61,296 bases of DNA from IMG/VR virus record IMGVR_UViG_3300046836_000468, positions 1 to 61,296 of that record. One strand, given 5' to 3'. Below are positions 1 to 9,292 of the stretch, piece by piece. The translations under genes were made by a program, and so were the position numbers. Within the stretch, counting starts at the first letter, position 1, and each line of letters starts with the position of its first letter. The notes beneath the pieces were generated by a model that worked only from the letters and a program-made list of their open reading frames with translations, was not told the DNA's origin and ran no database searches. Source of the stretch: a virus. Taxonomy: Duplodnaviria; Caudoviricetes.

Positions 1-127
1 GGCGTACGACCACGAGATTGACGGCGTCGTGAAGCTGGCGATGAGCGAGGCGCCCGTCGACGTGCCCAACACGATCTACTACCGCAAGGCGCTGTCGTGC
101 GGCGACCTCGACGACGCGACGGGCGAG
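1..127. repeat. Terminal direct repeat (assembly overlap), left copy
   Basis: Bases 1-127 are identical to 61170-61296. 127 is a common assembler k-mer length, and an ORF reads through the junction. Confidence 0.95.
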
Positions 128-784
128 GTCATCCCGCCGCCGCCTGGCGAGACTGGCGGCGAGGGCGAAGGCGAAGACGAAGGTCCCATCGGCGGCACGC
201 TGCCCACGCTCCCTGGCGTCGACAACGCGCTACCTGGCCCGCAGCCCGGCATCGACAACGAGCTGCCGCCTGAGCGTCCGCCGCTCGGCAGCACGCTGCC
301 CGAGGGACCGGCCATCGACAACGAGCTGCCGCGTCCGAACTTGCCGCCTATCGGCTCGACGCTGCCCGAGGGGCCGCGCCCCGACAACGAGCTGCCTCTC
401 CCCGAGGAGCTGCCGCCGTTTGGCACGACGCTGCCGACGCGCCCCGGCGTCGACAACGAGCTGCCCCCCGAGCGTCCGCCCATCGGCTCGACGCTTCCCG
501 AGGGACCTGCGCCCGACAACGAGCTGCCGCGCCCTGGCCTGCCGCCTATCGGCTCGACGCTTCCCGAGGGGCCGCGCCCCGGCAACGAGCTGCCGCGCCC
601 TGAGCTGCCGCCAGGGAACACCACGCTGCCCGAGAGTCCTGGCCCCGACAACGAGCTGCCTTACCCCGAGCTGCCCGAGGAGCTGCCGCCCATCGGCGTC
701 AACCTGCCGACGCGCCCCGGCATCGACAACGAGCTGCCCCCCGAGCCGCCGCCCGCGTCTGACGACGCAGAACAGGAGCGCTGA
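2..784 (+). CDS. 3' part of Mu gp38/DUF2635-like tail protein with Pro-rich DNELP repeat extension (true start at 61066 across the junction)
   Basis: Motif VDVPNTIYYRKALSCGDL resembles DUF2635. The gene lies immediately upstream of the sheath gene and carries about 9 DNxLP repeats. Confidence 0.7.
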   Translation, partial: AYDHEIDGVVKLAMSEAPVDVPNTIYYRKALSCGDLDDATGEVIPPPPGETGGEGEGEDEGPIGGTLPTLPGVDNALPGPQPGIDNELPPERPPLGSTLPEGPAIDNELPRPNLPPIGSTLPEGPRPDNELPLPEELPPFGTTLPTRPGVDNELPPERPPIGSTLPEGPAPDNELPRPGLPPIGSTLPEGPRPGNELPRPELPPGNTTLPESPGPDNELPYPELPEELPPIGVNLPTRPGIDNELPPEPPPASDDAEQER

Positions 785-787
785 CCC

Positions 788-2266
788 ATGGCCCTGCAGA
801 GCATCATCAGCGACTCCAACCGCGTGCCTGGCACGTACACGCTCGTCTCGCTCGGCGTCGGCGTGCGCTCGGCAGGCGGCGTCACGCGCCACGTCGTGCT
901 GTTCGGGAACATGACCGCAGGCGGCTCGGCGCTGCCGCTGACCGAGTACGACATCTTTTCCGAGGACGACGCGCGCACGTACTTCGGCCCGGGCTCGGAG
1001 CTCTTCCTGATGGCCAAGGCGGCGCTCGACGGCTGGGCGGGCATCTCGCTCAAGGCCATCGCCATCGCCGAGTCCGCAGGCACTGCAGCGACCGGAACCA
1101 TCGTCTACGCAGGCACGGCGACCAGCGCAGGCACGCGCGGCGTGAGCGTGCTGGGCGAGGAGATTCAGGTCGGCGTCAACAGCGGCGACGCTGCAGCGGC
1201 AGTCGGCATCGCCGTCGCTGCCGCCATCAACGCGAAAGGCGACTGGCCCGTCACGGCCGCCGCGAACACCGGCACCGTCACGCTCACGGCCAAGCACAAG
1301 GGCCCGCGCGGCAACTTCATCGCCGTGCGCGAGCGCGCCATCGCCGGGGCGGGCATCACGGCAGTCGCGCCCGTGGGCGGCTACCTGACGACGGGCGCGA
1401 CGAGCGACACGCCGCAGGCTGCGCTCGATGCCATCGCGGCGGTGCGTCGGCGCTACCTGGTCGCGCCCTACTCCGACGCCACCAACCTCGCGCTGTTCCG
1501 CGCGCACATCGATGCCGAGCAGCAGCCCGAGGTCGGCCATCGCAAGCGCTGCATCTTCGGCTCGCTCGACACGCTCGCCCTGACCACCACGCTCGTCACC
1601 GGGCTGAACAAGGCGCGCATGCAGGCCGCCTGGCAGTACCTCGCCGACCAGCCTCCGGGCGTCATCGCAGCGGGCCTGGCGGCGCGCATCGCCGCGCGCG
1701 AGAGCGCGGGCGCGAGCGGCACCGCCTACAACTTCGATGGCGAGATCCTGCCGAGCGTCAAGCCGCACTACCTCGTCACCAGCCGCCCCATCAACGCGCA
1801 GCTACAGAGCGCGCTCAACAACGGCATCACGCCGCTGGCGACCGCAGGCGACGGCACGGTGTACGTCGTCCGCAGCATCACGACGCGCAGCCGCGACACG
1901 CTGAGCAACGCGGACTACCGCGTGCTCGACACGACCAAGGTCGCCGTACCGGACGAGGTCGCAGACCGCACCGAGCTGCTCTGCCTCGACCGCTTCGTCG
2001 GCTTCAACGCGTCGCAGGACCCACCCGATGGCCAGGTCGCGCCGAGCGGCGTGCTGACGCCCTCGCTCTACCGCGACGCGCTCTACGAGGTCGCCATCGG
2101 CGCCGAGGAGGACGGCCTGCTCGAGGTCGGCAGCGTCGAGAAGAACAAGGGTCAGATCCTGACCGAGCTGTCCGAGACAGCGCCGGGCAGGTTCAACGGG
2201 GTGCTGCCGCTCGACGTCATCGAGGGCGCGCACCAGTTCGCAAACGACGTTCGGCAGATCGGCTGA
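788..2266 (+). CDS. Contractile tail sheath protein (Mu gpL-like)
   Basis: 492 aa; N-terminal RVPGTY, FGPGSEL, LTAKHKGPRGN, LNNGITPL and VRSITT motifs typical of Mu-like sheaths. Confidence 0.92.
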   Translation: MALQSIISDSNRVPGTYTLVSLGVGVRSAGGVTRHVVLFGNMTAGGSALPLTEYDIFSEDDARTYFGPGSELFLMAKAALDGWAGISLKAIAIAESAGTAATGTIVYAGTATSAGTRGVSVLGEEIQVGVNSGDAAAAVGIAVAAAINAKGDWPVTAAANTGTVTLTAKHKGPRGNFIAVRERAIAGAGITAVAPVGGYLTTGATSDTPQAALDAIAAVRRRYLVAPYSDATNLALFRAHIDAEQQPEVGHRKRCIFGSLDTLALTTTLVTGLNKARMQAAWQYLADQPPGVIAAGLAARIAARESAGASGTAYNFDGEILPSVKPHYLVTSRPINAQLQSALNNGITPLATAGDGTVYVVRSITTRSRDTLSNADYRVLDTTKVAVPDEVADRTELLCLDRFVGFNASQDPPDGQVAPSGVLTPSLYRDALYEVAIGAEEDGLLEVGSVEKNKGQILTELSETAPGRFNGVLPLDVIEGAHQFANDVRQIG

Positions 2267-2294
2267 GCCTCTCAGCGCCAACAGGAGGTGACAC

Positions 2295-2669
2295 GTGGAC
2301 GCGTACGAGGGCCCAGCTGAAATCTACATCGAGGCGCGCCTATTGGCCGAGGCCAACAAGGCGAGCTTCTCGATCAAGGGCAACAACAACCAGGTCTTCA
2401 CCATGCGCAAGGGCCTCGCCGGCAAGTCTGACGGCGCGACCACGAGCGAGGCCACCATCGAGAGCGCCATCCCGCGCAAGGGCATGGAGTTCGACTTCAG
2501 GACGGCGGTGCTGCAAAAGCGCATCTTCACGATCGTCGTCAAGAGCGGCAACCAGCGCGTGCAGTTTCAGGGCTGGTTCGAGAGTGCAGACTGGGCCAAC
2601 GCGGTCGACGCCGCGACGATGCAGAGCGCGCAGTTCATCGCGGGCGCGCCCAAGATCCTGGGCGCCTGA
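2295..2669 (+). CDS. Tail tube protein
   Basis: 124 aa beta-rich protein directly after the sheath gene, with a strong AGGAGG RBS. Confidence 0.75.
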   Translation: MDAYEGPAEIYIEARLLAEANKASFSIKGNNNQVFTMRKGLAGKSDGATTSEATIESAIPRKGMEFDFRTAVLQKRIFTIVVKSGNQRVQFQGWFESADWANAVDAATMQSAQFIAGAPKILGA

Positions 2670-3193
2670 TGCCCAAGTTCTCGGACGAGTCGGTGCGTGC
2701 GGCGCTGCGTGGCAGACAAGCCATGCAGCGCTACCCGTTTCCGGGGCAGCCCGGCATCGAGGTCGGGGTCAAGCTGCTCACGGACGCGGAGCTTGACAGC
2801 GTGCGCCTCGAGGCGGTCGAGCTGTGCAAGCGCGCCAAGGCCGAGCTCGTCGCGGACCCCGAGTTCCTCGACCGCATGATTCACCGCGAGACCATCTCGC
2901 GTGCGTTCGTCGACGTCGATGCGCCGACGCAGCCTTTCTTCAGCTCGCAGAAGGAGGTCGCCGAGCTCGACAGCCTGACGGTGCGCACGCTGTTCGAGCT
3001 GTACAAAGCGCATCACGAGGCGATGGACCCGTACACGCATTGCCCGCCCGAGGAGGTCGGAGCGCTCGTCGAGTCGCTAAAAAAATCAGCGCAGCCACTG
3101 GCGGTCTTGAGCCTCTACGACTCGTCCACGCTGAGGCACTGCGTCACTTCTATGGCGTCGATGCTGCGCGGGACGTCACCGCCACCCAGTTGA
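2669..3193 (+). CDS. Tail assembly chaperone; -1 frameshift product extends to 3246
   Basis: Lies between tube and tape measure. A7 slippery run at 3079-3085; the -1 frame stays open to 3246. Confidence 0.75.
   Translation: MPKFSDESVRAALRGRQAMQRYPFPGQPGIEVGVKLLTDAELDSVRLEAVELCKRAKAELVADPEFLDRMIHRETISRAFVDVDAPTQPFFSSQKEVAELDSLTVRTLFELYKAHHEAMDPYTHCPPEEVGALVESLKKSAQPLAVLSLYDSSTLRHCVTSMASMLRGTSPPPS
3077..3086 (+). other. Programmed -1 ribosomal frameshift slippery site (CTA AAA AAA T)
   Basis: A AAA AAA heptamer in a very GC-rich gene, at the canonical G/GT chaperone position. Confidence 0.7.
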
Positions 3194-3242
3194 TCTACTT
3201 CCTGCAAGTGCTGGCCGAAGTGCGCGAGCGAAGGAGTGGACA

Positions 3243-5264
3243 GTGAGCATCGAGGCGACCGCAAAAATCACACTAATCGGCGCGAGCGAAGCTCTTAAAT
3301 CGCTGCAGGGTGTGACGCGCGAGACGGGCGCCGCGGGCAAGGCCGCCAAGAGCGCAGCGGACACGCAGGCCGCAGCGGCCAAGAAAGCCGCCGCTGCGCA
3401 GGAGGCTGCAGCCAAGAAGGCTGCGCAGGCGCAAGAGGCCGCTGCCAAGAAGGCTGCAGACGCGTCTATCAAAGAGGGTGAGCGCTGGGCCAAGGCTGCG
3501 CAGCAGAGCGCGATGGTGCGCATGCGCGCGCAGGAAAAAGAAGCCCAGGCCGCCAAGCGGATACAGGAAGAGGCCGCACGCGTTGCAGCGCGCGAGCTCG
3601 CCAAGGTTACGGAGGCAGCTGCGCGCGAGGCAGCTAAGCAGAAGCGCCTCGCCGAGAAGACTGCGGCAGCCGAGGCCAAGGCCAGGCGCGAGACGCTACG
3701 CCAGGTCGGCGGGCTGATGGTCACGGCAGGGTCGGGCCTCGCGGCCGGCATCGGCGTTGCGGTCTCGACGGCGCGCGGCGGGAGCAAGTCGGTGCAGGAG
3801 CGCATCGCGGCCGGCAATGAGTTTCGCGAGCGGCTGTTCAGCGTCACGGGCGCAGCGGGCCAGACCGCCGAGCAGCGCGAAGCCACGCAGGGCAAGATCA
3901 TCGAGGCGAGCAAGGCAACGGGCAAAGACCAGAGCGAGCTGCTCGGCGTCGTCGAGACGGGGCACGCGCAGTTTGGCGACCTGCAGTTCTTCGCGGACAA
4001 CATCAAGGAGATTGCGACCATCGCGAAGGTCGCCAACGCGGACACGGGCGAGTTCGCCAAGGCGATCGGCTCGGTCAAGCAAGCGTTCAACCTGACAGGC
4101 GAGGAGGCCATCCAGGCCGGCTACCTCATGAGCGCGTCTGCAGACAAGGGCTCGGTCGAGCTCAAGGACTTCGCGCGCGACTTCGCGGCGAGCGCGGGCA
4201 TCTTCTCGATGAACACCGGGCAAAAGGGCATCGGGGGCGTGCGCCAGTTCTTGGGCGCCTCGCAGGGCATCGCGACCGGACAGTTCGGTTCGGCCGAGAG
4301 CGCCACGCGGCTCGAGCGCTTCATCACGGACGTCAACGACGTCAAGGTGCGCAAGGAGCTCAAGGGCATCGGCATCAGCAACGTCGCCGACGCGAGCGGC
4401 AAGGTCGACGTCGGCAGGCTGCTCGACCAGCTCGGCAACAACAGCAAGTTCAAGAGCGCCGCGACGCGGCAAAAGGTCTTCACCGAGACGCGGTCGCTGC
4501 AGGCGGTCGAGTCGCTGCTCGCTGCGCGCGAGCGCGAGAAGACGGGCGGCGTCGGCTTCAAGACCATCGCGGGCGTGAGCGAGGAGGCGGGGCGCGCAGC
4601 GATCAGCGGGGGCTTCGCGTCGCTCTCCCAGGAGGGTTTCTTCAAGAACCAGGTCGCGGCCGCCGAGATGCAGGCCGACACGATGAGCCACCTGGACGAG
4701 ATGAACACGCAGCTCGGCGCCGTCAGTGGCGCAGCGGACACGCTCGAGAAGAGCTTCGGCGCGCTGTCCATCTGGGCGAGCAGCATCGCCGCGATGGGCG
4801 TGACGTCGGTCTTGTCCGCTGCCATCCAGGGCAAGCTGTTCGGCGGCGCAGCGGCAGAGTCGGGCGGGCTGCTGGGCAAGGCGGCCGGCGCAGTCGGCGG
4901 CGCGGCAGGCGCGTCGGCGAGCGCGCTCAGCGCGACCGCAGCGGCGGGCGGGCTCGCAGGCGGCGCCGTGATGGCAGGCGGGGCGCTCGTCGCAGGCGCG
5001 GCCGGCTACGCGCTCGGCGAGGGCATCAACGCGGGGACAAGCGCCCTGCGCGACGACAAGCAGAGCCTGAGCGACCTGCTCGCGGGCGTGCTCGAGCAGC
5101 TCGCGAGCGGCGGCCTGGGCGACGCCAAGAGCCGCATCGGCGCGACCATCGTCAACTCGGACGGCGGCTCGCGCACGATCGTGGCCGAGCTCAAGGAGAT
5201 CAACGCAGGGCTGAAAGCAGCAGCAGCCAAGCCAACGGCCGGCGCGCCGAGGGAGCCGCGCTGA
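3243..5264 (+). CDS. Tail tape measure protein
   Basis: 673 aa, Ala/Lys-rich and helical, with GSVELKD motif and Gly/Ala-rich hydrophobic C-terminus; follows the chaperones. Confidence 0.88.
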   Translation: MSIEATAKITLIGASEALKSLQGVTRETGAAGKAAKSAADTQAAAAKKAAAAQEAAAKKAAQAQEAAAKKAADASIKEGERWAKAAQQSAMVRMRAQEKEAQAAKRIQEEAARVAARELAKVTEAAAREAAKQKRLAEKTAAAEAKARRETLRQVGGLMVTAGSGLAAGIGVAVSTARGGSKSVQERIAAGNEFRERLFSVTGAAGQTAEQREATQGKIIEASKATGKDQSELLGVVETGHAQFGDLQFFADNIKEIATIAKVANADTGEFAKAIGSVKQAFNLTGEEAIQAGYLMSASADKGSVELKDFARDFAASAGIFSMNTGQKGIGGVRQFLGASQGIATGQFGSAESATRLERFITDVNDVKVRKELKGIGISNVADASGKVDVGRLLDQLGNNSKFKSAATRQKVFTETRSLQAVESLLAAREREKTGGVGFKTIAGVSEEAGRAAISGGFASLSQEGFFKNQVAAAEMQADTMSHLDEMNTQLGAVSGAADTLEKSFGALSIWASSIAAMGVTSVLSAAIQGKLFGGAAAESGGLLGKAAGAVGGAAGASASALSATAAAGGLAGGAVMAGGALVAGAAGYALGEGINAGTSALRDDKQSLSDLLAGVLEQLASGGLGDAKSRIGATIVNSDGGSRTIVAELKEINAGLKAAAAKPTAGAPREPR

Positions 5265-6202
5265 TGGCTGACTACTTCGAGCAGACGATTCTCGAGGCGA
5301 GCCTCGCGTACGTCGAGTTTCCGGTCAGCGATCGCAAGGTCGCCACCGGCCGACGCGTCAGCCGCACCGAGTACCCGTATCGCGACGGCCAGGGCGTCGA
5401 GGAGCTCGGGCGCAAGCCCTACGTCTTCAACCTGACTGTGCCGCTCTTTCGTGGGCTCGACGTCTCGTACTACCCCGACACGTACCAGCTCTTGCTCGCG
5501 GTCATCGAGGACCCGGAGCAGCGCGGCTCGGTCGAGTACGTCGACCCGGAGTTCGGCCCGGTGCAGGTGCAGATTCTCGACTACGACGTGATGACGTCGG
5601 GCGAGCGCCGCGACGGCGTCATGCTCTCGCTGGTGCTCGAGGAGCGGGGGCTTGACCAGTCGCTGCTCAGTAACCTCACCAAGCCCGAGCTCGCAGGCGC
5701 AGCGCGCGCGAGTCTGTTCGCCACGCAGGTCGATCAGGAGGTCGCGTTCATCGACCTGCCGGACGAGGACAAGCCGCCCTTCCGGCTGTCGGACACCTGG
5801 GGCAAGTTCCAGGACGCGCTCAACACGGCGGCGATGACGGCCGACGAGGTCGCGGCGCTGCTCGACGAGGTGTACTTCGTGGTCTCGCGCTTCCTCAACT
5901 TCAGCGCCAAGGACGAGCTCGAGCGCTGGAGCCTGTTCAACACGCTGATCGACTTCGCAGGCGCAGCCGAGGACGCTGCCAACCAGAACGACCTGGTGCA
6001 GACCATCGAGGTCGTGCTGCAGGCAGACATGAGCGCCTACGACATCGCGACGCACTACCACAACGACGCCGACCGCGCCGACGAGGTCATCCACAACAAC
6101 CCGACCGCCAACCCCATGCGCTACCCACGCGGCACGACCGTCCGCATCGTCACGGACGCGCAGACGCCGGCCGAGCGGCCCGGCTACGGAGCCCAACGAT
6201 GA
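5264..6202 (+). CDS. Mu gpN-like DNA circularisation / tube initiator protein with C-terminal gpX/LysM-like domain
   Basis: EASLAYVEFPV, GRRVSRTEYPYRDGQGVEELGRK and DPEFG motifs; C-terminal DIATHYHNDADRADEVIHNNP. Confidence 0.85.
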   Translation: MADYFEQTILEASLAYVEFPVSDRKVATGRRVSRTEYPYRDGQGVEELGRKPYVFNLTVPLFRGLDVSYYPDTYQLLLAVIEDPEQRGSVEYVDPEFGPVQVQILDYDVMTSGERRDGVMLSLVLEERGLDQSLLSNLTKPELAGAARASLFATQVDQEVAFIDLPDEDKPPFRLSDTWGKFQDALNTAAMTADEVAALLDEVYFVVSRFLNFSAKDELERWSLFNTLIDFAGAAEDAANQNDLVQTIEVVLQADMSAYDIATHYHNDADRADEVIHNNPTANPMRYPRGTTVRIVTDAQTPAERPGYGAQR

Positions 6203-7692
6203 CCCGCGCAAGCGCGAGCGAGGACCACGCGGAGCTCGAGTGCGAGTCGAGCCTGCTGACCAGCTGGACGAGCTACTCGTTTCAGAGCGACCTGTTCACG
6301 CCGGCCGACGCGTGCCGGCTGAGCATCGGCCTCGGCAGCTCGAGCGCGCGCGACATCCGGCGCACCATCACGCAAGCGCAGGCGCTGCTCGCCCCCGGCA
6401 AGCTCGTCAAGGTGTACGTGACGGCGGGCGGCAGGCGCGCGCTACAGGGCGCGTTCCTCATCGACAGCTGCGAGATTGCCAACGACGCGGACGGCGGCAC
6501 GCAGATGACGCTGTCGCTGCGTGACCGGGCGCTACAGCTCATCGGCTCGGCAGCGGACCCGAAGCTGTACGCGGCGCACGACACGCTCGTGTCGGTCGCG
6601 CGCCGCGCCGTCAAGCCATGGGGCATCGAGGTGACGGCCGACCACGTCGCGGCGCGTGACCTGCGCCAGGCGCGCGTCAGCAAGGACAAGCTCAAGCGCC
6701 TGCAGCAAAAGGCGCGCAGCTGGGGCATTCAGCCGAGCCTGATGAGCGAGAAGATCGCCGCGTCCATCGACCACGGCACCATCACGTTCGACGACTTCGC
6801 AGGCGCGCAGGCCGGGCGCATCGACGACGCGTCCATCACGCAGACGGCCGGCACGTTTCCGTACGCGGGCCCGTACGCGCGGCCCAAAGTCGAGCGCTCG
6901 GTCGTGCCGCTCGACCGGCCGCTCACCTTCCCGTTCCGCAACGGCATCACGCGCGACGGCAACCTCATGGTGGTGCATCAGGGCATTCCGTGGTCGGGCG
7001 CGACCGGGCTCAGCTCGCTGCAGATCTACCAGCTCAAGGTCAAGGACATCCGCCCGCAGTCGGGCGAGACGGTCTGGGAGTTTCTCGACCGCTCGGCCAA
7101 GCGCAACGGCCTCTTGATGAGCATGACCCCGGACGGCAAGCTGCTCTTCTGCGGGCTGCTCTACGACCAGCACCCGAGCTACCACCTGACGCGCCGTGTC
7201 GAGGGCGACCGCACGCAGAACAACATCGTCAGCGGCGGCTCGCGCCTCGACATCTCGGACGTGTGCGGAGACGTCATCGTGTACGGGCGCGTCAAGGGCA
7301 AGGACGTGTCGCGCTCTGCGTTCAAGGGCCATGCGGTCTCGACGGCGACCGACCTCGTGCGCGTGCCGTACGTCAAGACGCTGGTCGTGCACGATAATGC
7401 GATAAAAACCGGGGCCGACGCGCAGCACCGCGCCGCGTACGAGCTCGGCAAGAGCAAGCAAGGCGCGTTCGCAATTTCGTACACGATGCGCGGACACTCC
7501 GACAGCGGGCTGTTCTACGCGCCCGACACCATCGCTCAGATTGACGACGAGGTCTGCGGCATCCACGGCGCGTACTACGTGACGGCGCGGACGTTCGCAC
7601 GCTCGGCGCGGCAGGGCCCGACGACCGAGCTCAAGCTCGTGCCCAAGGGCGCCATCGTGCTCAGCGCGAACGCGTCAGGAGACCTCGCATGA
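6199..7692 (+). CDS. Baseplate hub (Mu gp44-like)
   Basis: WTSYSFQSDLFTPAD, GETVWEFLDRSAKRNG and C-terminal TTELKL motifs; synteny with Mu tail genes. Confidence 0.85.
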   Translation: MTRASASEDHAELECESSLLTSWTSYSFQSDLFTPADACRLSIGLGSSSARDIRRTITQAQALLAPGKLVKVYVTAGGRRALQGAFLIDSCEIANDADGGTQMTLSLRDRALQLIGSAADPKLYAAHDTLVSVARRAVKPWGIEVTADHVAARDLRQARVSKDKLKRLQQKARSWGIQPSLMSEKIAASIDHGTITFDDFAGAQAGRIDDASITQTAGTFPYAGPYARPKVERSVVPLDRPLTFPFRNGITRDGNLMVVHQGIPWSGATGLSSLQIYQLKVKDIRPQSGETVWEFLDRSAKRNGLLMSMTPDGKLLFCGLLYDQHPSYHLTRRVEGDRTQNNIVSGGSRLDISDVCGDVIVYGRVKGKDVSRSAFKGHAVSTATDLVRVPYVKTLVVHDNAIKTGADAQHRAAYELGKSKQGAFAISYTMRGHSDSGLFYAPDTIAQIDDEVCGIHGAYYVTARTFARSARQGPTTELKLVPKGAIVLSANASGDLA

Positions 7693-8240
7693 GACGCATG
7701 GACGTCGGCCAGTTCCTGCAGGACGTAATCGGCTTTGCCAAGGTCGTGCGCGCGAGCGTGGGCAAGAGCGGCTCGGTCGAGCTCGGCATCGAGGCGCACG
7801 CCGACGACGCAAGCAAGGACAGCTGCGAGTGGTGGGGCCACCCGGCCATCAGCTGCCAGCCTGCAGCGGGCTCGGAGTCGCTGTTCGTCGACCTGGGCTC
7901 GGAGCGCATTGTGCTCGGCGTCAAAGAGCGGCGCTGGCAGGTGTCGGTCGAGGCAGGCGAGTGCGTCGTGCGCGCGCTCGGGCCGAGCCCGGCAGCCTAC
8001 CTCAAGCTCAAACCGGACGGCACGGTGGAGCTACACGCGACGCGCATCGACCTTGGCGGCGAGGCGCTCACGACGTTCATGGCGCGCGCCGACCGCGTCG
8101 ACGTGGCGCTGACCAAGCTGCAGTCGACGTTCGACGTGCACACGCATCTGTCGGCCGCGCCGAGCTCGCCCACGTCGCCGCCTGCCGTGCCGATCGGGGC
8201 GCTCGGCAGCTCGGCAGCAGACAAGGTTTACGGCTCGTAA
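7689..8240 (+). CDS. Baseplate spike (Mu gp45/gpV-like)
   Basis: N-terminal OB-like region and C-terminal HxH iron-binding motif (DVHTHL); synteny. Confidence 0.8.
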   Translation: MRRMDVGQFLQDVIGFAKVVRASVGKSGSVELGIEAHADDASKDSCEWWGHPAISCQPAAGSESLFVDLGSERIVLGVKERRWQVSVEAGECVVRALGPSPAAYLKLKPDGTVELHATRIDLGGEALTTFMARADRVDVALTKLQSTFDVHTHLSAAPSSPTSPPAVPIGALGSSAADKVYGS

Positions 8241-8254
8241 AGGAGCAGACTCCC

Positions 8255-9289
8255 ATGGCGTATACCGTTCCCAACCCCAACGTCTTGCTCGTCAAGGTAG
8301 AAGACAAGCTCGGCCACCAGCTGGTCGAGCTCAAGACGCGGCTAGTTGCGACTGGATTGTGGCGCGTGACTGGCAGTGGCGACGGCTTCACGGTTCAGCT
8401 GCGAGGGCAGACAGCAGGCGTTGGCGGCAGCTACGATGTGTTCACCAACGCGGTGCAGTGGGCTCCGTACATAACCTATACGTCCTCGCCGGGTTGGAAT
8501 AATGGACCGGCAGGCTCTATGAGTCGGCTCGCTGCGTGGTTCATTCTCGAAGAGGTCGGCACCGGTCGCTGCTTTTTGTTCCAGCGGCATACTGGCGGCG
8601 GCGCGAACGATTCGCCGGGCAATTACACAGTCAAGCTGGCCCCGGGAGGCTTTGCCACGACAGGGGCGACGAGCACTGTGCCGCCAGCTGCCGTGGGCGC
8701 AGTCGGCACGTGGGCGGTCAACCCAGGCATCGCGTACTCCACCTTCCAGCCCCCCGAGAATGGGTACGACTTGTGGATGCAGTTCGGCGTTGCCGCTGCT
8801 CCCGATGTTGGCGGCGTGTGCCCGTTCTGGATGGCGATTTATAACCGCACAACCGCCGTGCCCGTGTGGGGGATGCTCTATGAGAGCCTCGATCTAACTG
8901 TCTCGGGTGACGTGCACCCGTTTGTCTTTGGGACGGGCGCCTGGAACGCCTCTAGCGGTTTTTTCAATCTCTTTGACAGCGCCGTGCTCTACGGCGGGCC
9001 TACTGTCGTCACGACGCGCCGGCTTTCGGCACTGTCTATCAACGGAAGCGCGCAGCCCTACCCTGGCGCCGCGCAGCCGCTAGGGCCTGACGGCAAGTGG
9101 CGCGCGATCCGACCGCCCGTCAACGACTCTTCCGGCGTCTGGGTAGGCCGCTGCAAGAACATTCTCGCGCACCCCATCAACCGGCAGTACCCGACCACGT
9201 ACAACGTTTCGACAGCCACGCCGTACGTGGTGCTGGGGCAAGTGCTGCTTCCGTGGGCGACAGGCGTTGCCCCGCAGTCGAGTCCATGA
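8255..9289 (+). CDS. Hypothetical virion / receptor-binding protein with atypical codon usage
   Basis: AAGGAG RBS then ATG at 8255; Gly/Thr/Trp-rich beta protein, visibly more AT at third codon positions. Confidence 0.6.
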   Translation: MAYTVPNPNVLLVKVEDKLGHQLVELKTRLVATGLWRVTGSGDGFTVQLRGQTAGVGGSYDVFTNAVQWAPYITYTSSPGWNNGPAGSMSRLAAWFILEEVGTGRCFLFQRHTGGGANDSPGNYTVKLAPGGFATTGATSTVPPAAVGAVGTWAVNPGIAYSTFQPPENGYDLWMQFGVAAAPDVGGVCPFWMAIYNRTTAVPVWGMLYESLDLTVSGDVHPFVFGTGAWNASSGFFNLFDSAVLYGGPTVVTTRRLSALSINGSAQPYPGAAQPLGPDGKWRAIRPPVNDSSGVWVGRCKNILAHPINRQYPTTYNVSTATPYVVLGQVLLPWATGVAPQSSP

Positions 9290-9292
9290 ACC

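Noticed and set aside
1-127. Biological terminal repeat of the virion DNA
   Set aside because: The length equals a typical assembler k-mer and the repeat falls mid-gene, so it is best read as a circular overlap.
151-760. CRISPR or DGR template/variable repeat interpretation of the CGACAACGAGCTGCC repeats
   Set aside because: The repeats are in-frame peptide repeats with synonymous variation. There is no adenine-specific pattern and no reverse transcriptase in the genome.
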